Shown: piece by piece, positions 36,501-46,840 of the stretch
Position numbering within the stretch: the first letter of the stretch is position 1
Layout of the letters: each line of letters starts with the position of its first letter
Virus record (IMG/VR): IMGVR_UViG_3300036715_000626
Coordinates: 62,001 to 126,000 of that record
Reading direction: 5' to 3' (one strand)
Length of the DNA stretch: 64,000 nt
Notes under the pieces: model-generated
Told to the model about the DNA's origin: nothing
Database searches by the model: none
The model's input: only the letters and a program-made list of their open reading frames with translations
Translations under genes and position numbers: made by a program

Positions 36501-38281
36501 CCATACTGACTTGACAACGCCACAGTACCACGATCGATTTTACGTATAGGAAGATCCGCACGCATTTTTCTCATCGTATACGTATTACCGGCTAACTTGA
36601 AGGTTCCATCTTCGTTTACCTTCGGTAGTATAACTTTGATAGTAGATGGCTTACCATTAAGAGAAGTCATTTTAACAGTATGCGTTTCAGTTCCACCTAG
36701 AACAGATTCTTCTTCAACCACAGTATGTTCTTCTATAATATTACCAGTATTCTGAACTGCTTGGAAGGTTCTAACGATATCCTTATGCAGCTGTTCTTTA
36801 ATGTATTTTTTATCAATATTAACAACAGTATTGGTGTTGTATTCTTTATCAAAGACAACGGCGTTATCTTCAATTTTAGTATCTTGCTTAGAAACAGCAT
36901 AGTTATCTTTAGAAGTATCTAACAATCCACCCAGTGTAATATCATCATTCTCATATGGAGACTTAGCTTCATTTTGAGTTGTTATTATAGATTGTAATCG
37001 AGCAGATTCTTTCTTAGACATGTAGCCGGATTCACCAAGTACCGATATCTCAGTACTTAATTTATTAATAGGATCGATCTTTTCACTATAGAGAGCTGTT
37101 ATGGTACTTACAGTAGGTGCTGGGGCAATATTCTCTATAATATCATTAAGTTCAGAACTGGTTGTTTTAACAACCTCAGGTTCAGTATCCATATCATCAT
37201 CTGCGAGATCATTACTCTCTACGACGTCATCATTTTTCTCAGGTATGTTTTTATCAAGAACTGAATCGATGTCCACAACAGTAGTTGTGTCACCCACAAC
37301 AGTAGTTTTATCTGTAAGTTCGGTTTTACCAGTAGCTGTGACATCAGATAGTTTAATGGCGATATCTTTATCGTCTTTATCATTAGCGATAGTATCTAGA
37401 GATTCAGATTTACCATTCAGTGTTCTGAATAACATCACGTACAATAACTTACGAACAGTAGCTGCTTTATACTTAGCTAACTTACCTAAACGAGTTTCAG
37501 TGGTGTATTCAGCAACGATACTGGATAACACATTTAGATTAACCATAACTAACTTATTGTCTAGATTCAATAACAATGTTACTTTGTCTAACATACCGTT
37601 ATCGATTTTACTAAATATACTCGACTCTTTTAATTCAGGGGTTAAATACTTCCAGAGTTCTAATACATTCATATACCGATAATCGGTAAAGATATTTAAA
37701 GAACTTCTTGACAGATTAGCTGCGGCTCTGTCAAATTGTTGTCTGGATGGTAATGATGGCGGTAGATCCAGCAATATAAAAACATTACGATCAGTTACAT
37801 ATTTGTTACCACTAGTATTTGCAATTACCGTTTCCATAACATTACTATACTTGTAGTATTCCGCTAACGGGTTAATTACATACTTATACATATGGTTAAG
37901 AGAACCATAGTTAATAACTAAAAGATCCCTAGATAACATAGGAACTGTTTTAACATTTGGTTTAATAAACTTAAAGATCTTTTCATTTTTAGATATTTCT
38001 GTAATTACCGATAACGGAGTTAAGTTCAAATGTCGAAAATGCCCCAATAGCGGAATTTCAGGATACGTCAATATAGTATCTACAAAAAGCTTACCAGGTA
38101 TCTTATCGAAATAAGCATACTCTTTAGTCGGGTTAACTGTTAGATCAGATACTTTTGACCAATGAAAGATGGTGTCCAATGGAAATATAAATTCTTTAGC
38201 ATTTAGGATTACTGGTTCCAGAAAGTTAGATATCTTTCTAATACCGTATTTTCGATAGTGTTGTTCAAAGTGTAATAACAT
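33575..38281 (-). CDS. virion RNAP beta subunit (phiKZ gp178-like) with C-terminal nucleotidyltransferase-like domain
   Basis: TYLGHGGRS; G.VSESSPDSGDVG; NFVNIQNSH; FEDS; GDK...NQLK motifs; extension GS-x12-DLD. Confidence 0.9.
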   Translation of the reverse strand: MLLHFEQHYRKYGIRKISNFLEPVILNAKEFIFPLDTIFHWSKVSDLTVNPTKEYAYFDKIPGKLFVDTILTYPEIPLLGHFRHLNLTPLSVITEISKNEKIFKFIKPNVKTVPMLSRDLLVINYGSLNHMYKYVINPLAEYYKYSNVMETVIANTSGNKYVTDRNVFILLDLPPSLPSRQQFDRAAANLSRSSLNIFTDYRYMNVLELWKYLTPELKESSIFSKIDNGMLDKVTLLLNLDNKLVMVNLNVLSSIVAEYTTETRLGKLAKYKAATVRKLLYVMLFRTLNGKSESLDTIANDKDDKDIAIKLSDVTATGKTELTDKTTVVGDTTTVVDIDSVLDKNIPEKNDDVVESNDLADDDMDTEPEVVKTTSSELNDIIENIAPAPTVSTITALYSEKIDPINKLSTEISVLGESGYMSKKESARLQSIITTQNEAKSPYENDDITLGGLLDTSKDNYAVSKQDTKIEDNAVVFDKEYNTNTVVNIDKKYIKEQLHKDIVRTFQAVQNTGNIIEEHTVVEEESVLGGTETHTVKMTSLNGKPSTIKVILPKVNEDGTFKLAGNTYTMRKMRADLPIRKIDRGTVALSSQYGKLFVTNATFKKDDIGYWFRKQLIAKYEVDNKLKDIVMLTIENIDAVLPEDYNIISRYIKAFRYGNISFSFDYYNRKKMIKDLTDDMLKGIEDNGTVMVGTVGTTPVVMDMNSKLYRYEGKKYHEIDDIFKMLNIHKDSGPIEYANVRIYKEQFPVGFLLAYYIGFDNLIHLLKPEFRIVPMSVRTTIAANEYVVTFKDYKYIFEKTHKQADMVFYGLSTMNTTLVSVPKDTLNTRSKFANIFNLMKLSILYINEIKLLEEMFIDPTTMTILEQLKQPVNFKGMLLKAVDLLSDDNYNNPNNITEMSIKGYERISAILYSELVNSIKEHRNRSFFSRSKMTVYPYAVVNKIDQDSTTVMVDDLNPITIVKQAETITYLGHGGRSKEGMSRDTREMHSSEIGLVSESSPDSGDVGISAYMSANPNLSNTRGIVGNFDIDANGFSSILSTSSMLAPFAITEDVKRLNFVNIQNSHTIPMINMRAPFVRTGYEAILPIKAAGKYVKIARTDGIVTKVTKSEIVVMYSDKKQERIKLSSWTTKEESGSCYTHYMTTSLIVGDTVVKDDTLAYATSFFEPDVFNRKRVIYKSGIYVNVALMEDIQTFEDSAAISKRMNQEMAATVTKVKSIIVSNTDNIIGIKPKGTLLEPSDVLFTITDGISINGKELDERALAILQNLKNVSPKAKLRGTISKIVVYYNCELDTMSKSLQDLIALTDEDLKHDVGQTGRVNSTYRVNGTSLLPDQVEIKIYIQVLDTMGIGDKAILGNQLKFTVGEVYEYDMKTMDNKEIDLVFSNTSIKARIVNSPDLIGTTSTLLSVITDKALDMYFGDVATEGLKEVDKTSKDVISKRVKSLLDELKTFCSEHDVPKNSIVLFGSIVLGIHGLRYPNDLDIGIKKDVFEKIQKELNKPNCKPGSECAQLDIGNLSFIHEIAVPNVNDKSLFSIDGTTIDGFKVITFDQWKEMQKKDPLKKDAKFL

Positions 38282-38354
38282 AGTTATCCTTTAGTCTTCT
38301 TCAATAATGACCGTCGATATCATTATTTTTTGATTACTAACAAAAGGAAATATT

Positions 38355-39146
38355 ATGAACGCTATTATAAAAGCACTTACGGATTTACCATATACTGTTC
38401 CTGTAGAAATATTAAATATTGCTTTTTACGAAAATAGCACACATGTAAATACTATCATTCCGTTAGAAGAACGTATCACTACACAGGTTATACGTCAGCG
38501 TGTATTACAAGATTTAAATATCGTAGGCGGGGTAGAGATACGTATTGATACGGGTCAATGTTTTATGCAACAAGTTAACTACAACGAGTTTACTATTCAA
38601 GTACCAAAAGCAGTTACTGGAGGAAGATCCATTGTTAGTGTGCTTTCGTTGGTAGCTAACAGTATGATGGCTGCTTCTGACACCGCATACACTATACCAC
38701 AACAAACTGAGAACGCGATGCTTAAAATGTATAATAACTTAGCAAGTGCTAATGTTATACAAACTTCACGTTTAGAGTTAATCGGTGAAAATATGGTATT
38801 GGTACAAGATCCTAATCTTTCTCTTATTAATTCAGTGCTGCGATGTACAGTAGAAAACAATAACAATCTTGAAAATATCCACCCTAGATCATATCTAGAT
38901 GTGAGCAAATTAGTGTCATTAGCAGTTAAAAGTTTTGTATATTCAAGACTTAAAATTAAACTTGATCAAGGTTATATTTACGGCGGGCATGAGCTTGGTG
39001 TTATCACAGAGATAGTTGATAGTTATGCGGATGCTGAGGAATTGTATCAAGAGTTCTTAAGAACTAAGATGCGTAAAATTCTGTTTATGAATAACCGTGA
39101 ATCTGTTAATAGACTTATTAAGAGTATGTTAAGCAATAATATTTAA
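38355..39146 (+). CDS. conserved phiKZ-like protein
   Basis: 263 aa, AAAGGA RBS. Confidence 0.7.
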   Translation: MNAIIKALTDLPYTVPVEILNIAFYENSTHVNTIIPLEERITTQVIRQRVLQDLNIVGGVEIRIDTGQCFMQQVNYNEFTIQVPKAVTGGRSIVSVLSLVANSMMAASDTAYTIPQQTENAMLKMYNNLASANVIQTSRLELIGENMVLVQDPNLSLINSVLRCTVENNNNLENIHPRSYLDVSKLVSLAVKSFVYSRLKIKLDQGYIYGGHELGVITEIVDSYADAEELYQEFLRTKMRKILFMNNRESVNRLIKSMLSNNI

Positions 39147-39155
39147 GGAAATAAT

Positions 39156-39623
39156 ATGGGTATCTTTGATAGATTATCTGCGGAAGAAATAAATTCTTTT
39201 AATATTCGTAGGTTAGAAGCGAATCATGAAGATATCTTAGGGGTAAAAAATAGTTTATCAGAAGGTTTTGATACAGAGTATCCTTATAAAACTACTAAAA
39301 AATCTTTTGACACCTATGAATATTATGGGATAATCGACAATGGTTTATATAGTGTTATTGGTGTTGCGTTTGCGGATAAAAATACTAAACCTGATTATAT
39401 TAAGAAAGCTATTAAATCTAAACGCTATATTGTTATTGCTAATTTAGTTTCTAGGAAAAAAGGGAGAGGTAAATTACTCGTGGAGTATGTTCTTAATAAA
39501 TATAGTTCATTCCCATGTTATCTAACCTCACGGACTAAAAGTCTTATACCCTATTATGAACAGTTCGGATTTAAACTAATAGAAACTGATAAAGAGAATC
39601 ACTATCCTATGGTGCGTCAATAG
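39156..39623 (+). CDS. GNAT-family acetyltransferase
   Basis: RKKGRGKLL (motif A) and YYEQFGF (motif B). Confidence 0.75.
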   Translation: MGIFDRLSAEEINSFNIRRLEANHEDILGVKNSLSEGFDTEYPYKTTKKSFDTYEYYGIIDNGLYSVIGVAFADKNTKPDYIKKAIKSKRYIVIANLVSRKKGRGKLLVEYVLNKYSSFPCYLTSRTKSLIPYYEQFGFKLIETDKENHYPMVRQ

Positions 39624-39658
39624 TAACTACACTGCAGCATAGCTGCAGTGTAGTTACT
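39622..39658. terminator. bidirectional terminator
   Basis: 17-bp arms, 3-nt loop, between convergent stops. Confidence 0.75.
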
Positions 39659-40269
39659 TATTTACATTTTTGTGCTTTAACACAGGCCTCAAGTGCGGCA
39701 TGTTTAGCTAGTAGTGCATCGTACCTTACCTTAAGTTCTAAGTACATAGTAAGATGTGATTTATCAACTGTTTTCTTATGCGCAAGAAGTGCTCTAAAAG
39801 TAGCATCCTGATCTTCGCTATACAGTATCACTGCAGAAGCCAATACTGTTTTAGCAACAGAATTAATACCAACAGTGTTATAAACTACTTCTTGTACTTG
39901 TGTTTCCACAAGTGATAAATCATAATCAAGTGGTAACGGTCCCAACGGGATAGCGATTACTTTCTCCATATACTGAACACCGCTAATATCAGGCATAGAT
40001 AATATACGGTTACCAGGAACATAGAATAATTCATTACCCGTAGTAGAAAATACCACGATAGGAATATTGGCATCGACATCAGCTTTAAAGTCCGCTTCGC
40101 TAAGACCTACAGCTTTATAGATAGTGTCGTAAGGTTGTTCATTAGAGTTATAGAGTTCTACTAACGAACGTATACTCGTTACGACGTATATTTGGTTACT
40201 TGGTATAATGGTATTGAAGGGCTCCGAGAATACGAAGACACCTTTACTGTTTATAGGAGGTATTAACAT
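39658..40269 (-). CDS. conserved phiKZ-like structural protein
   Basis: 203 aa next to the spike-like gene. Confidence 0.65.
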   Translation of the reverse strand: MLIPPINSKGVFVFSEPFNTIIPSNQIYVVTSIRSLVELYNSNEQPYDTIYKAVGLSEADFKADVDANIPIVVFSTTGNELFYVPGNRILSMPDISGVQYMEKVIAIPLGPLPLDYDLSLVETQVQEVVYNTVGINSVAKTVLASAVILYSEDQDATFRALLAHKKTVDKSHLTMYLELKVRYDALLAKHAALEACVKAQKCK

Positions 40270-40294
40270 TTATTTCCTTTATAGAACATCTCAC

Positions 40295-41134
40295 TTATTT
40301 TTTAAAACTATCGATTTTAGCTTTTATAGCTTCATATTTAGAAGAACTACCAGGTGATAATGAAGTAGGTGCTCCTAAATTACCAATATGTTGTTCAGAC
40401 ATCATAGCACTGACTAATTCAGATAGTACCGATATCAATTCATTTCCACCATTGGAGATAGACAATTTTTGTAAAGTAATATCAAGGTTTTCTTCGATAT
40501 TCTGTGTGATATTCTTAGTAGCTATTTTAATGTTTTCATTAGTATTAATGGTTAAGGTATCTTCTTTACTATCAAGCATAATAAGATTGTCTTTACCATC
40601 TTCTATTATTAGCTTACCATTACTAGTATCGATTTGTATATCATAGGTAGTATATTCACCGTCACTTATGCTAGTATGCAAACTCACATGTTTATTAATT
40701 GTATCAACTGCCAAAGTGTAATATGGATCATCAGGTGCGTTAGTAACGCTTAGTTTGTTAGAGAACGCATAAATAACTTTTTCTCGTTTACGTAAGTCAA
40801 CTTCGTTATAAAGATTAACCCAGAAATACTTATCAGAATCTCCAAACTTATATAGCCCAACCGTCTCACCTTTACACACCATAGGAGGAGTTATTCTGTT
40901 AGGGTTACCATAGGCTAACCACTTAGCAGTAACGGTTGTTGTTTTAACAACAGTAGTAGTGTTAACACCACCATTAAGATCAGTGCTTGTGATAGTCTTA
41001 CCTACTTCAGTAGAGATGTCACCATCTATATTAGGAAAATGCTCTATTGGAGTAGCATCAATATAAGGTGAGTCTTCTCTGCTATCTTTAGCAACAAGAC
41101 CAAGTGAATGAAATACGAATTGACTCTTTGCCAT
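40295..41134 (-). CDS. putative baseplate central spike (gpV/gp5-like OB fold plus beta-repeat)
   Basis: W...G..NR.TPP.V.KGE.V.L; beta-strand repeats; HxH-like tip MMSEQH. Confidence 0.6.
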   Translation of the reverse strand: MAKSQFVFHSLGLVAKDSREDSPYIDATPIEHFPNIDGDISTEVGKTITSTDLNGGVNTTTVVKTTTVTAKWLAYGNPNRITPPMVCKGETVGLYKFGDSDKYFWVNLYNEVDLRKREKVIYAFSNKLSVTNAPDDPYYTLAVDTINKHVSLHTSISDGEYTTYDIQIDTSNGKLIIEDGKDNLIMLDSKEDTLTINTNENIKIATKNITQNIEENLDITLQKLSISNGGNELISVLSELVSAMMSEQHIGNLGAPTSLSPGSSSKYEAIKAKIDSFKK

Positions 41135-41143
41135 AGTTTTCCT

Positions 41144-43267
41144 TTAATATCCAGATTCGCTAATTAATTTACCGTTATGACGGTAATACCCTACTGACTC
41201 AAGTACAAGATACAGCATATTAAGATTGTCCATAACGATACGTTTCATATCGATAGCTTCAATAATCTCTTCAGGGATACCAGAACTCGCTACAATACTC
41301 ACAGCAGGTCTAAATGTACCTAAAGTAGGTTTGTTATGCTTAACCATAAAGTTCTTTAATCGTTCCTTAATTTCAGGATCTTTTAGATTCTCTAGGTATT
41401 CGTCAGTATCTTTTTTACTCTTTAATTTAGTAGGTATCTTAATAATCATATACGTCGGATCACCAGGAGTGCCATACTTATCAGCAAATACTTCATTCCA
41501 AAGCATGTGATGTATAAATGGTGACTGAGTTGGGTCTAGTTTATAAGAACCAGCTTCTTTAATCTTATCTCGTTTAAAGATAGAAATATCACCACTTTTA
41601 ATTCTGGTTATAAGAGAACGCTCTAACTCAGCGGCTTTATGGACGTATTCGTATAAACTTATTTTTTCATTGTTAGAAATCTTTTTATTAATTTCTTTAA
41701 TTATGTTATGACCTTCTTTAACGATATCTTGGTCAATAGCAGAAGCTAATAGGTGTACACCTTTAAGTTCTAGTTCGGGTTCTGAAAATACGTTACCTTC
41801 TTGCACCGCGGTATCTGCAAAATAGTGCTTACTAACATTAGTTGCCGTAAATACAGGCCAGAAATACTCATTCTTCATTTTTAACAATTCTACTAAAGAA
41901 GTTTCAACATTCATATTCCTAGCGAACAGTTTAAGATTATGGTCAACTACTTGAGTATTGATTGTCATAACAGCAGCTGCTAACCCAACTGCTTCTGGTG
42001 AGAACTTAGTATAACCAAAGTACCACTCAACCCACTTGTCATAACTACCACACGTACTATCAGTATCGGATAACACGATAGCGTCTCTTAACATATCTTT
42101 AATATAAGCAATCCCAGCAGGCATAACACTAGAAGTAAAGAATATTCTAAAAAATGGTTTGTACTCTAATAACGTATCGGTAATATGTTTGGAAGTAGAG
42201 GCTAATGACATTAATAGATCTGGATTACTTTTCGCAAGTTCGCCGTAGTCTATACTCATACCACGAATCTCGTCAATCCAGATATGGTGTGTTAATATGT
42301 TAATACCTTCCGGAGCTTTCTTAAGATCTTTAAGATTATCAACGCTACCAGTAGTTACCTTAGCAGACATTTTTGTTAGAAGAGTTTTTATAAATTCTTC
42401 ATTATAGATACGTAAATGGTGTAAATCATTTAGATACATTACTGCGGCTAGTTGGTATGGAGTTAGTTTCATTAAGAAATCAAGAATAGTTTTCTCAAAG
42501 ACAGGATCTCTCCAATAATGTTTACTAGAATAAATCAAACTATCAAATACTTCAGTAGCGGTAGGTTTATATAGCTTGTATTTTTCTATAACATGCTCAA
42601 CGGTATTCATATGTAGGTTACTTACGATACTTACAATGTAGTTATACATAATCTCAGGACTACGTAAATGCTTGTTACCGGCAATAACAGATTCACTTAT
42701 GGCATTACCTATAGAGGCTACCGATCGTGTGATAGACGTGAGCGTATAGTGCGCTGTCGGGTTATATAGAATAGTAGACTTACTAGCATATGCTCCAGAG
42801 AGTGAGTTATTCTGAATCTTACGTGTTTTTTGTAAAGTTTCATAGTATAAACTACGGTCACCATCACCAGCTTGTTTAAATTTAAAAGCGTTATGTTTAT
42901 CTTGCTTACGTAAGGCTATGTTAATAGACAGAAAGTCAGCGTGTAGACTTTTCTTTTTAGAAGGATGCATGTAACAAGTAAACGAAGGGACAATAACCTC
43001 GCCATTTGCGATAACATCTTTTATATAATCGGTTATTTTATCTTCTTTAACGACAGTGTCACCATTTTCTTCTCTATAACTATACTTAATAATAGGATTC
43101 TTAATAGGTTGTTTTTTAAGAATGGTTTTTACAAGCTTATTAGCTTGCTCTATAGGAATACCTTTATCAATAGCTAAGAATTCTGTAGCTTGGGCAAAGT
43201 AATCTTTTACGGGTGCTAAATTTATCTCATATTCTTCGTTAGGTCTTTTAAAAACGTAATCGCTCAT
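41144..43267 (-). CDS. family B DNA polymerase, catalytic subunit (split phiKZ type)
   Basis: KIQNNSLSGA (motif B) and SDTDST (motif C). Confidence 0.85.
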   Translation of the reverse strand: MSDYVFKRPNEEYEINLAPVKDYFAQATEFLAIDKGIPIEQANKLVKTILKKQPIKNPIIKYSYREENGDTVVKEDKITDYIKDVIANGEVIVPSFTCYMHPSKKKSLHADFLSINIALRKQDKHNAFKFKQAGDGDRSLYYETLQKTRKIQNNSLSGAYASKSTILYNPTAHYTLTSITRSVASIGNAISESVIAGNKHLRSPEIMYNYIVSIVSNLHMNTVEHVIEKYKLYKPTATEVFDSLIYSSKHYWRDPVFEKTILDFLMKLTPYQLAAVMYLNDLHHLRIYNEEFIKTLLTKMSAKVTTGSVDNLKDLKKAPEGINILTHHIWIDEIRGMSIDYGELAKSNPDLLMSLASTSKHITDTLLEYKPFFRIFFTSSVMPAGIAYIKDMLRDAIVLSDTDSTCGSYDKWVEWYFGYTKFSPEAVGLAAAVMTINTQVVDHNLKLFARNMNVETSLVELLKMKNEYFWPVFTATNVSKHYFADTAVQEGNVFSEPELELKGVHLLASAIDQDIVKEGHNIIKEINKKISNNEKISLYEYVHKAAELERSLITRIKSGDISIFKRDKIKEAGSYKLDPTQSPFIHHMLWNEVFADKYGTPGDPTYMIIKIPTKLKSKKDTDEYLENLKDPEIKERLKNFMVKHNKPTLGTFRPAVSIVASSGIPEEIIEAIDMKRIVMDNLNMLYLVLESVGYYRHNGKLISESGY

Positions 43268-43331
43268 GTTCTACCCTTTGTTTAATCAAAAATTACTCAC
43301 TCTTCAAAATTATATTACGGATATAAATAAC

Positions 43332-43361
43332 AGTATACCTAGGGATATCCCTAGGTATACT
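43332..43361. terminator. palindromic terminator
   Basis: 14-bp arms, TA centre. Confidence 0.7.
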
Positions 43362-43745
43362 TTAGAATGTTTTTATATCGAAATTGACATACCCGAGTTC
43401 CAGCATTCTGTTACGTAGAATAGCCAGATCATCACTTGTAACGTTTAAAAGATCAATACGAATATTAGTAGTGGTAACGCTTGTGATAGAATTGACGTCT
43501 AACCACTCATATGCCAATACTACTTTTTCTTTGTTAATGTTTTCTAATAGAACAAAAGTACAAATACCAATATCTGGTAATGCCGGTATAGTATTTTTTA
43601 GAACTGTGTGTAACGTAGACACATCACGATACTTAATAGCTTCGCTAACAGTCATCAGTGCTTTTACGCGCATGTTTGTAAACGAGCTACCTAATACAGC
43701 TGGTGATAAAGTAGAAAATGAATAAGTTTGATTAACTGTTAACAT
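43362..43745 (-). CDS. conserved phiKZ-like small protein
   Basis: 127 aa, AAAGGA RBS. Confidence 0.7.
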   Translation of the reverse strand: MLTVNQTYSFSTLSPAVLGSSFTNMRVKALMTVSEAIKYRDVSTLHTVLKNTIPALPDIGICTFVLLENINKEKVVLAYEWLDVNSITSVTTTNIRIDLLNVTSDDLAILRNRMLELGYVNFDIKTF

Positions 43746-43798
43746 AAATTATCCTTTTGATATTGTCAATTAAAATAAAAAAAAATAACAACGGATGG

Positions 43799-44194
43799 TT
43801 ACCGTTGTTCTGGACATAGTATGACTAATTTATAATCATCTATGGATTGTAAGATCTTGATTCTTGAAATAATCTCCTCTTCGTAGAACTTATCTAAAAA
43901 GATTTTAGTTAATTTTGGAATAATTTCTAAGGACAATGTATTAACAGCTACTTCCATAGGTCTCACCATATGTAAGTTAGCACTAGCCGTATTTAGATAC
44001 TTGATAGCTATGGCCCGCTCAGCATCTGTAGAAGTCTCATCTTCAATACCGTAATAATAGAGCTTACATAGGTTGAAGATAGGATTTAATAAATCCTTTA
44101 TAGTTTGCTTACCATAAATATCGATATATGGTAATAGCTCAGTGGGCGTATCCATAATTAAAATCTTCATCATCATTACTATCATCCTTTTCAA
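43799..44194 (-). CDS. hypothetical protein
   Basis: Member of an overlapping operon; true start may lie downstream. Confidence 0.55.
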   Translation of the reverse strand: MKRMIVMMMKILIMDTPTELLPYIDIYGKQTIKDLLNPIFNLCKLYYYGIEDETSTDAERAIAIKYLNTASANLHMVRPMEVAVNTLSLEIIPKLTKIFLDKFYEEEIISRIKILQSIDDYKLVILCPEQR

Positions 44195-44654
44195 TATGCT
44201 CTACAAGAGCTAGCTTAACACTATCATTAACAGTAGTCCATCGAAATGGTACCAAGTGTTGCGGTATGGTCCCATCAACACGTAAGTCATTGATGTATGC
44301 TACTAGTATACTAGACATAGCATCAGAATGATAATAAAACAAATCATAGTATAACTCATTTGATCTGTCTTCTTTACCATAAATAGGAGCCGTATATTCA
44401 GCATTGTTAGCAGCCTCTACAACAAGATCCTCGAATACAAGATTGTCAGGAGATATTCTAATCACAATGTTGATAGCCTCAATAACCGTTTTGAACAAAG
44501 CCAGCTTATCCATATTCTCAGTACTGCATACCGTATCGACAAATAATTCATACAGCTCTGTTAAATCAACACGCACAAAGTTTTGCAATGTATTTACGTT
44601 ATAAAACTGAAAGCTATCGGCTATACTTTCTTTTATAAGAATATTACTCTTCAT
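44139..44654 (-). CDS. hypothetical protein
   Basis: 171 aa, operonic. Confidence 0.65.
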   Translation of the reverse strand: MKSNILIKESIADSFQFYNVNTLQNFVRVDLTELYELFVDTVCSTENMDKLALFKTVIEAINIVIRISPDNLVFEDLVVEAANNAEYTAPIYGKEDRSNELYYDLFYYHSDAMSSILVAYINDLRVDGTIPQHLVPFRWTTVNDSVKLALVEHIEKDDSNDDEDFNYGYAH

Positions 44655-45042
44655 TCGTATCCTTAAATTTAAAGATTTTAAACACGACCTCCAACTTAAT
44701 ATCAGTATTTACTTTGTAACTATCAAAAACAATGTCAGCTACATCAGGAGGGGTCTTATTTAATAATATATATTCTAAGGTATTTATAAACCCAAAAACA
44801 ATATTAATATAATCACGTTCTCTATAAAAGTGAACGATTTCATCGTAGTGTCGATTAACGTCATCGTTATAAACATGTTTAAGAACTTCATTGGTAAATA
44901 TCCCTATAGGTTCAGTTTCATCTGTGTGATGTAAACGGTATAACTCTATGAGACGTAATTCAAGAAGAACTCCTGGTATCAATTTACCAGCTAACGGTTT
45001 AAGACGTGTTAAATCAACAACAAGAGTTTCTTCTATTATCAT
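44644..45042 (-). CDS. hypothetical protein
   Basis: 132 aa, coupled stop/start. Confidence 0.65.
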   Translation of the reverse strand: MIIEETLVVDLTRLKPLAGKLIPGVLLELRLIELYRLHHTDETEPIGIFTNEVLKHVYNDDVNRHYDEIVHFYRERDYINIVFGFINTLEYILLNKTPPDVADIVFDSYKVNTDIKLEVVFKIFKFKDTNEE

Positions 45043-45632
45043 TATGCTTTCCTGTAAAAACGAATAGTGAGGGTTATTGACGATACTGTTTCGGTAAAGT
45101 AAACTTTAGTGCTGTTATACACATAAAACCGAGATGGTATATCATCATCATTTGGATCGAATCGTCTACCCTGTTCAAAAGATCTAGTCTGGTATGATAC
45201 TACGGTGTTAAGAGTGCTCTTGATAGCTAAGAAGTATTTAAGTAGCGCCATGTCTATATCTAAGTTGTCCTGATTAAACTCGTGGTCAAAATAAGACGGA
45301 ACTCTCCATTTATGGTTTATCTGGTTAGATATCTCATTAAGAACTGACTCAATACTAGAAACACTTACGTTGTTACACGACATACAGTAATCTATTATCG
45401 TTTCAAGAACAATGACATCAATATTATCTAGCATAGACGGTTCCATATTGCGATCAAGTGATAGTAAACGATATATGTCTACAAACGATATATTTGTAGA
45501 GGGTCTAAGAACACTTAGTTGGTCAACATCAACAATCAGCATATCACAATAATGTGACTTAGTATCGCGGAATAGGTCGGTGAAATAGTCGTTAAGTATT
45601 ACATTATACGACAATGTATCTATTAAATCCAT
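45042..45632 (-). CDS. hypothetical protein
   Basis: 196 aa, operonic. Confidence 0.65.
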   Translation of the reverse strand: MDLIDTLSYNVILNDYFTDLFRDTKSHYCDMLIVDVDQLSVLRPSTNISFVDIYRLLSLDRNMEPSMLDNIDVIVLETIIDYCMSCNNVSVSSIESVLNEISNQINHKWRVPSYFDHEFNQDNLDIDMALLKYFLAIKSTLNTVVSYQTRSFEQGRRFDPNDDDIPSRFYVYNSTKVYFTETVSSITLTIRFYRKA

Positions 45633-45635
45633 AGG

Positions 45636-46265
45636 TTACCTTTGTGGTTTAACATTATATTCTATATGATCATGCAGTTCTTCATATCGATAGGCTCGGA
45701 TATCAATACCTATCTCGCATACAAAGTGTTCGGAATCAATATTAAAATATATTGTATTGTTTTTAAGATTATCAGGAATCAAACTATACATATAATCAAA
45801 TATGTCCATTATAGCTTTAGTTATCATACTCATATCAGCACGGGTTATATTGGTTCCAACATAAGAAAGAATGGTATCTTCAATTTCTTCATTCAGTCTA
45901 TTAGTGCTTATAAAAGCATAACTGTACATAGGTATATGTGGGTTAACAACATACAATTCTCTGTAGGAAGTATTCGCTATGTACATGTTTTTTAACACTT
46001 CAGCAACACAAGATACGGAATGAACGGGATAGAATGGCGTATTACTTACCATTTCTATATTACTCCGTGATACAGCAGGTCGCATGTGTTTGTTGTATTG
46101 ATCGTCAATAGGTATTTGTTTATCTCCGGAAGCAAGAGCTACTGGGAAACGAGCACCCCGTACATAAAGAAGATTATCATATACAGGAACATACTTTGTA
46201 AAGATACCGTCTAGTCCGATCAATTTGTCTTCAATGTCTAAGAAGAGTTTTAGATTAATGTCCAT
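45636..46265 (-). CDS. conserved phiKZ-like hypothetical protein
   Basis: 209 aa, AAAGG RBS. Confidence 0.65.
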   Translation of the reverse strand: MDINLKLFLDIEDKLIGLDGIFTKYVPVYDNLLYVRGARFPVALASGDKQIPIDDQYNKHMRPAVSRSNIEMVSNTPFYPVHSVSCVAEVLKNMYIANTSYRELYVVNPHIPMYSYAFISTNRLNEEIEDTILSYVGTNITRADMSMITKAIMDIFDYMYSLIPDNLKNNTIYFNIDSEHFVCEIGIDIRAYRYEELHDHIEYNVKPQR

Positions 46266-46274
46266 GTGTTACCT

Positions 46275-46682
46275 TTATTTTGTAATTCGTATGTGTATAT
46301 TTCTGTTAACTATCATAACCTTAATAAAGTAATGATATTCAATGTTAAGTATTAATACATCCATAAGTATACTATACAATACCATAGATATATATTTGTA
46401 AACACTTTTTAAGTATTGCTCGCTTCTCGGAGGTAATTTCAAAACATCCGTTAATGAACTTTCTGAATACGTAACAACGTAACCTAATTCATTACGCATA
46501 GTATTATAGACAGCATTTTCTATAATTGAATCAGTCATACGCTTAACATTGTATTTGTTATAAGGTATCGGTGCCGTTAATTCAGCCATCTCGACTAAGG
46601 CTTTACGTACCTCATCACTTACGTAATTTATAAGTTCGCTACCATCAAGTATCCAAAGTGTATCTTGTTGATTTTGCGTCAT
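46275..46682 (-). CDS. hypothetical protein
   Basis: 135 aa, GGGGAG RBS. Confidence 0.65.
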   Translation of the reverse strand: MTQNQQDTLWILDGSELINYVSDEVRKALVEMAELTAPIPYNKYNVKRMTDSIIENAVYNTMRNELGYVVTYSESSLTDVLKLPPRSEQYLKSVYKYISMVLYSILMDVLILNIEYHYFIKVMIVNRNIHIRITK

Positions 46683-46732
46683 AATCTCCCCTTTTTATCA
46701 TGTATATGAGATGTTTATAAAAAATATATAAC

Positions 46733-46762
46733 GTATAGGTAGTGGTATACCACTACCTATAC
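46733..46762. terminator. palindromic terminator
   Basis: Perfect 30-bp palindrome. Confidence 0.6.
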
Positions 46763-46815
46763 TTAGAGTGTTTTGATTTGTTATACCCAAAGTATGGACA
46801 TAAGGAATAAAAACA

Positions 46816-46837
46816 ACAGTACGGAATTCCGTACTGT
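46816..46837. terminator. terminator after phuZ
   Basis: Perfect 22-bp palindrome with T-run on the minus strand. Confidence 0.65.
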
Positions 46838-46840
46838 ATG

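Noticed and set aside
37101-37682. 193-aa antisense ORF in vRNAP beta
   Set aside because: Antisense to an acidic low-complexity linker
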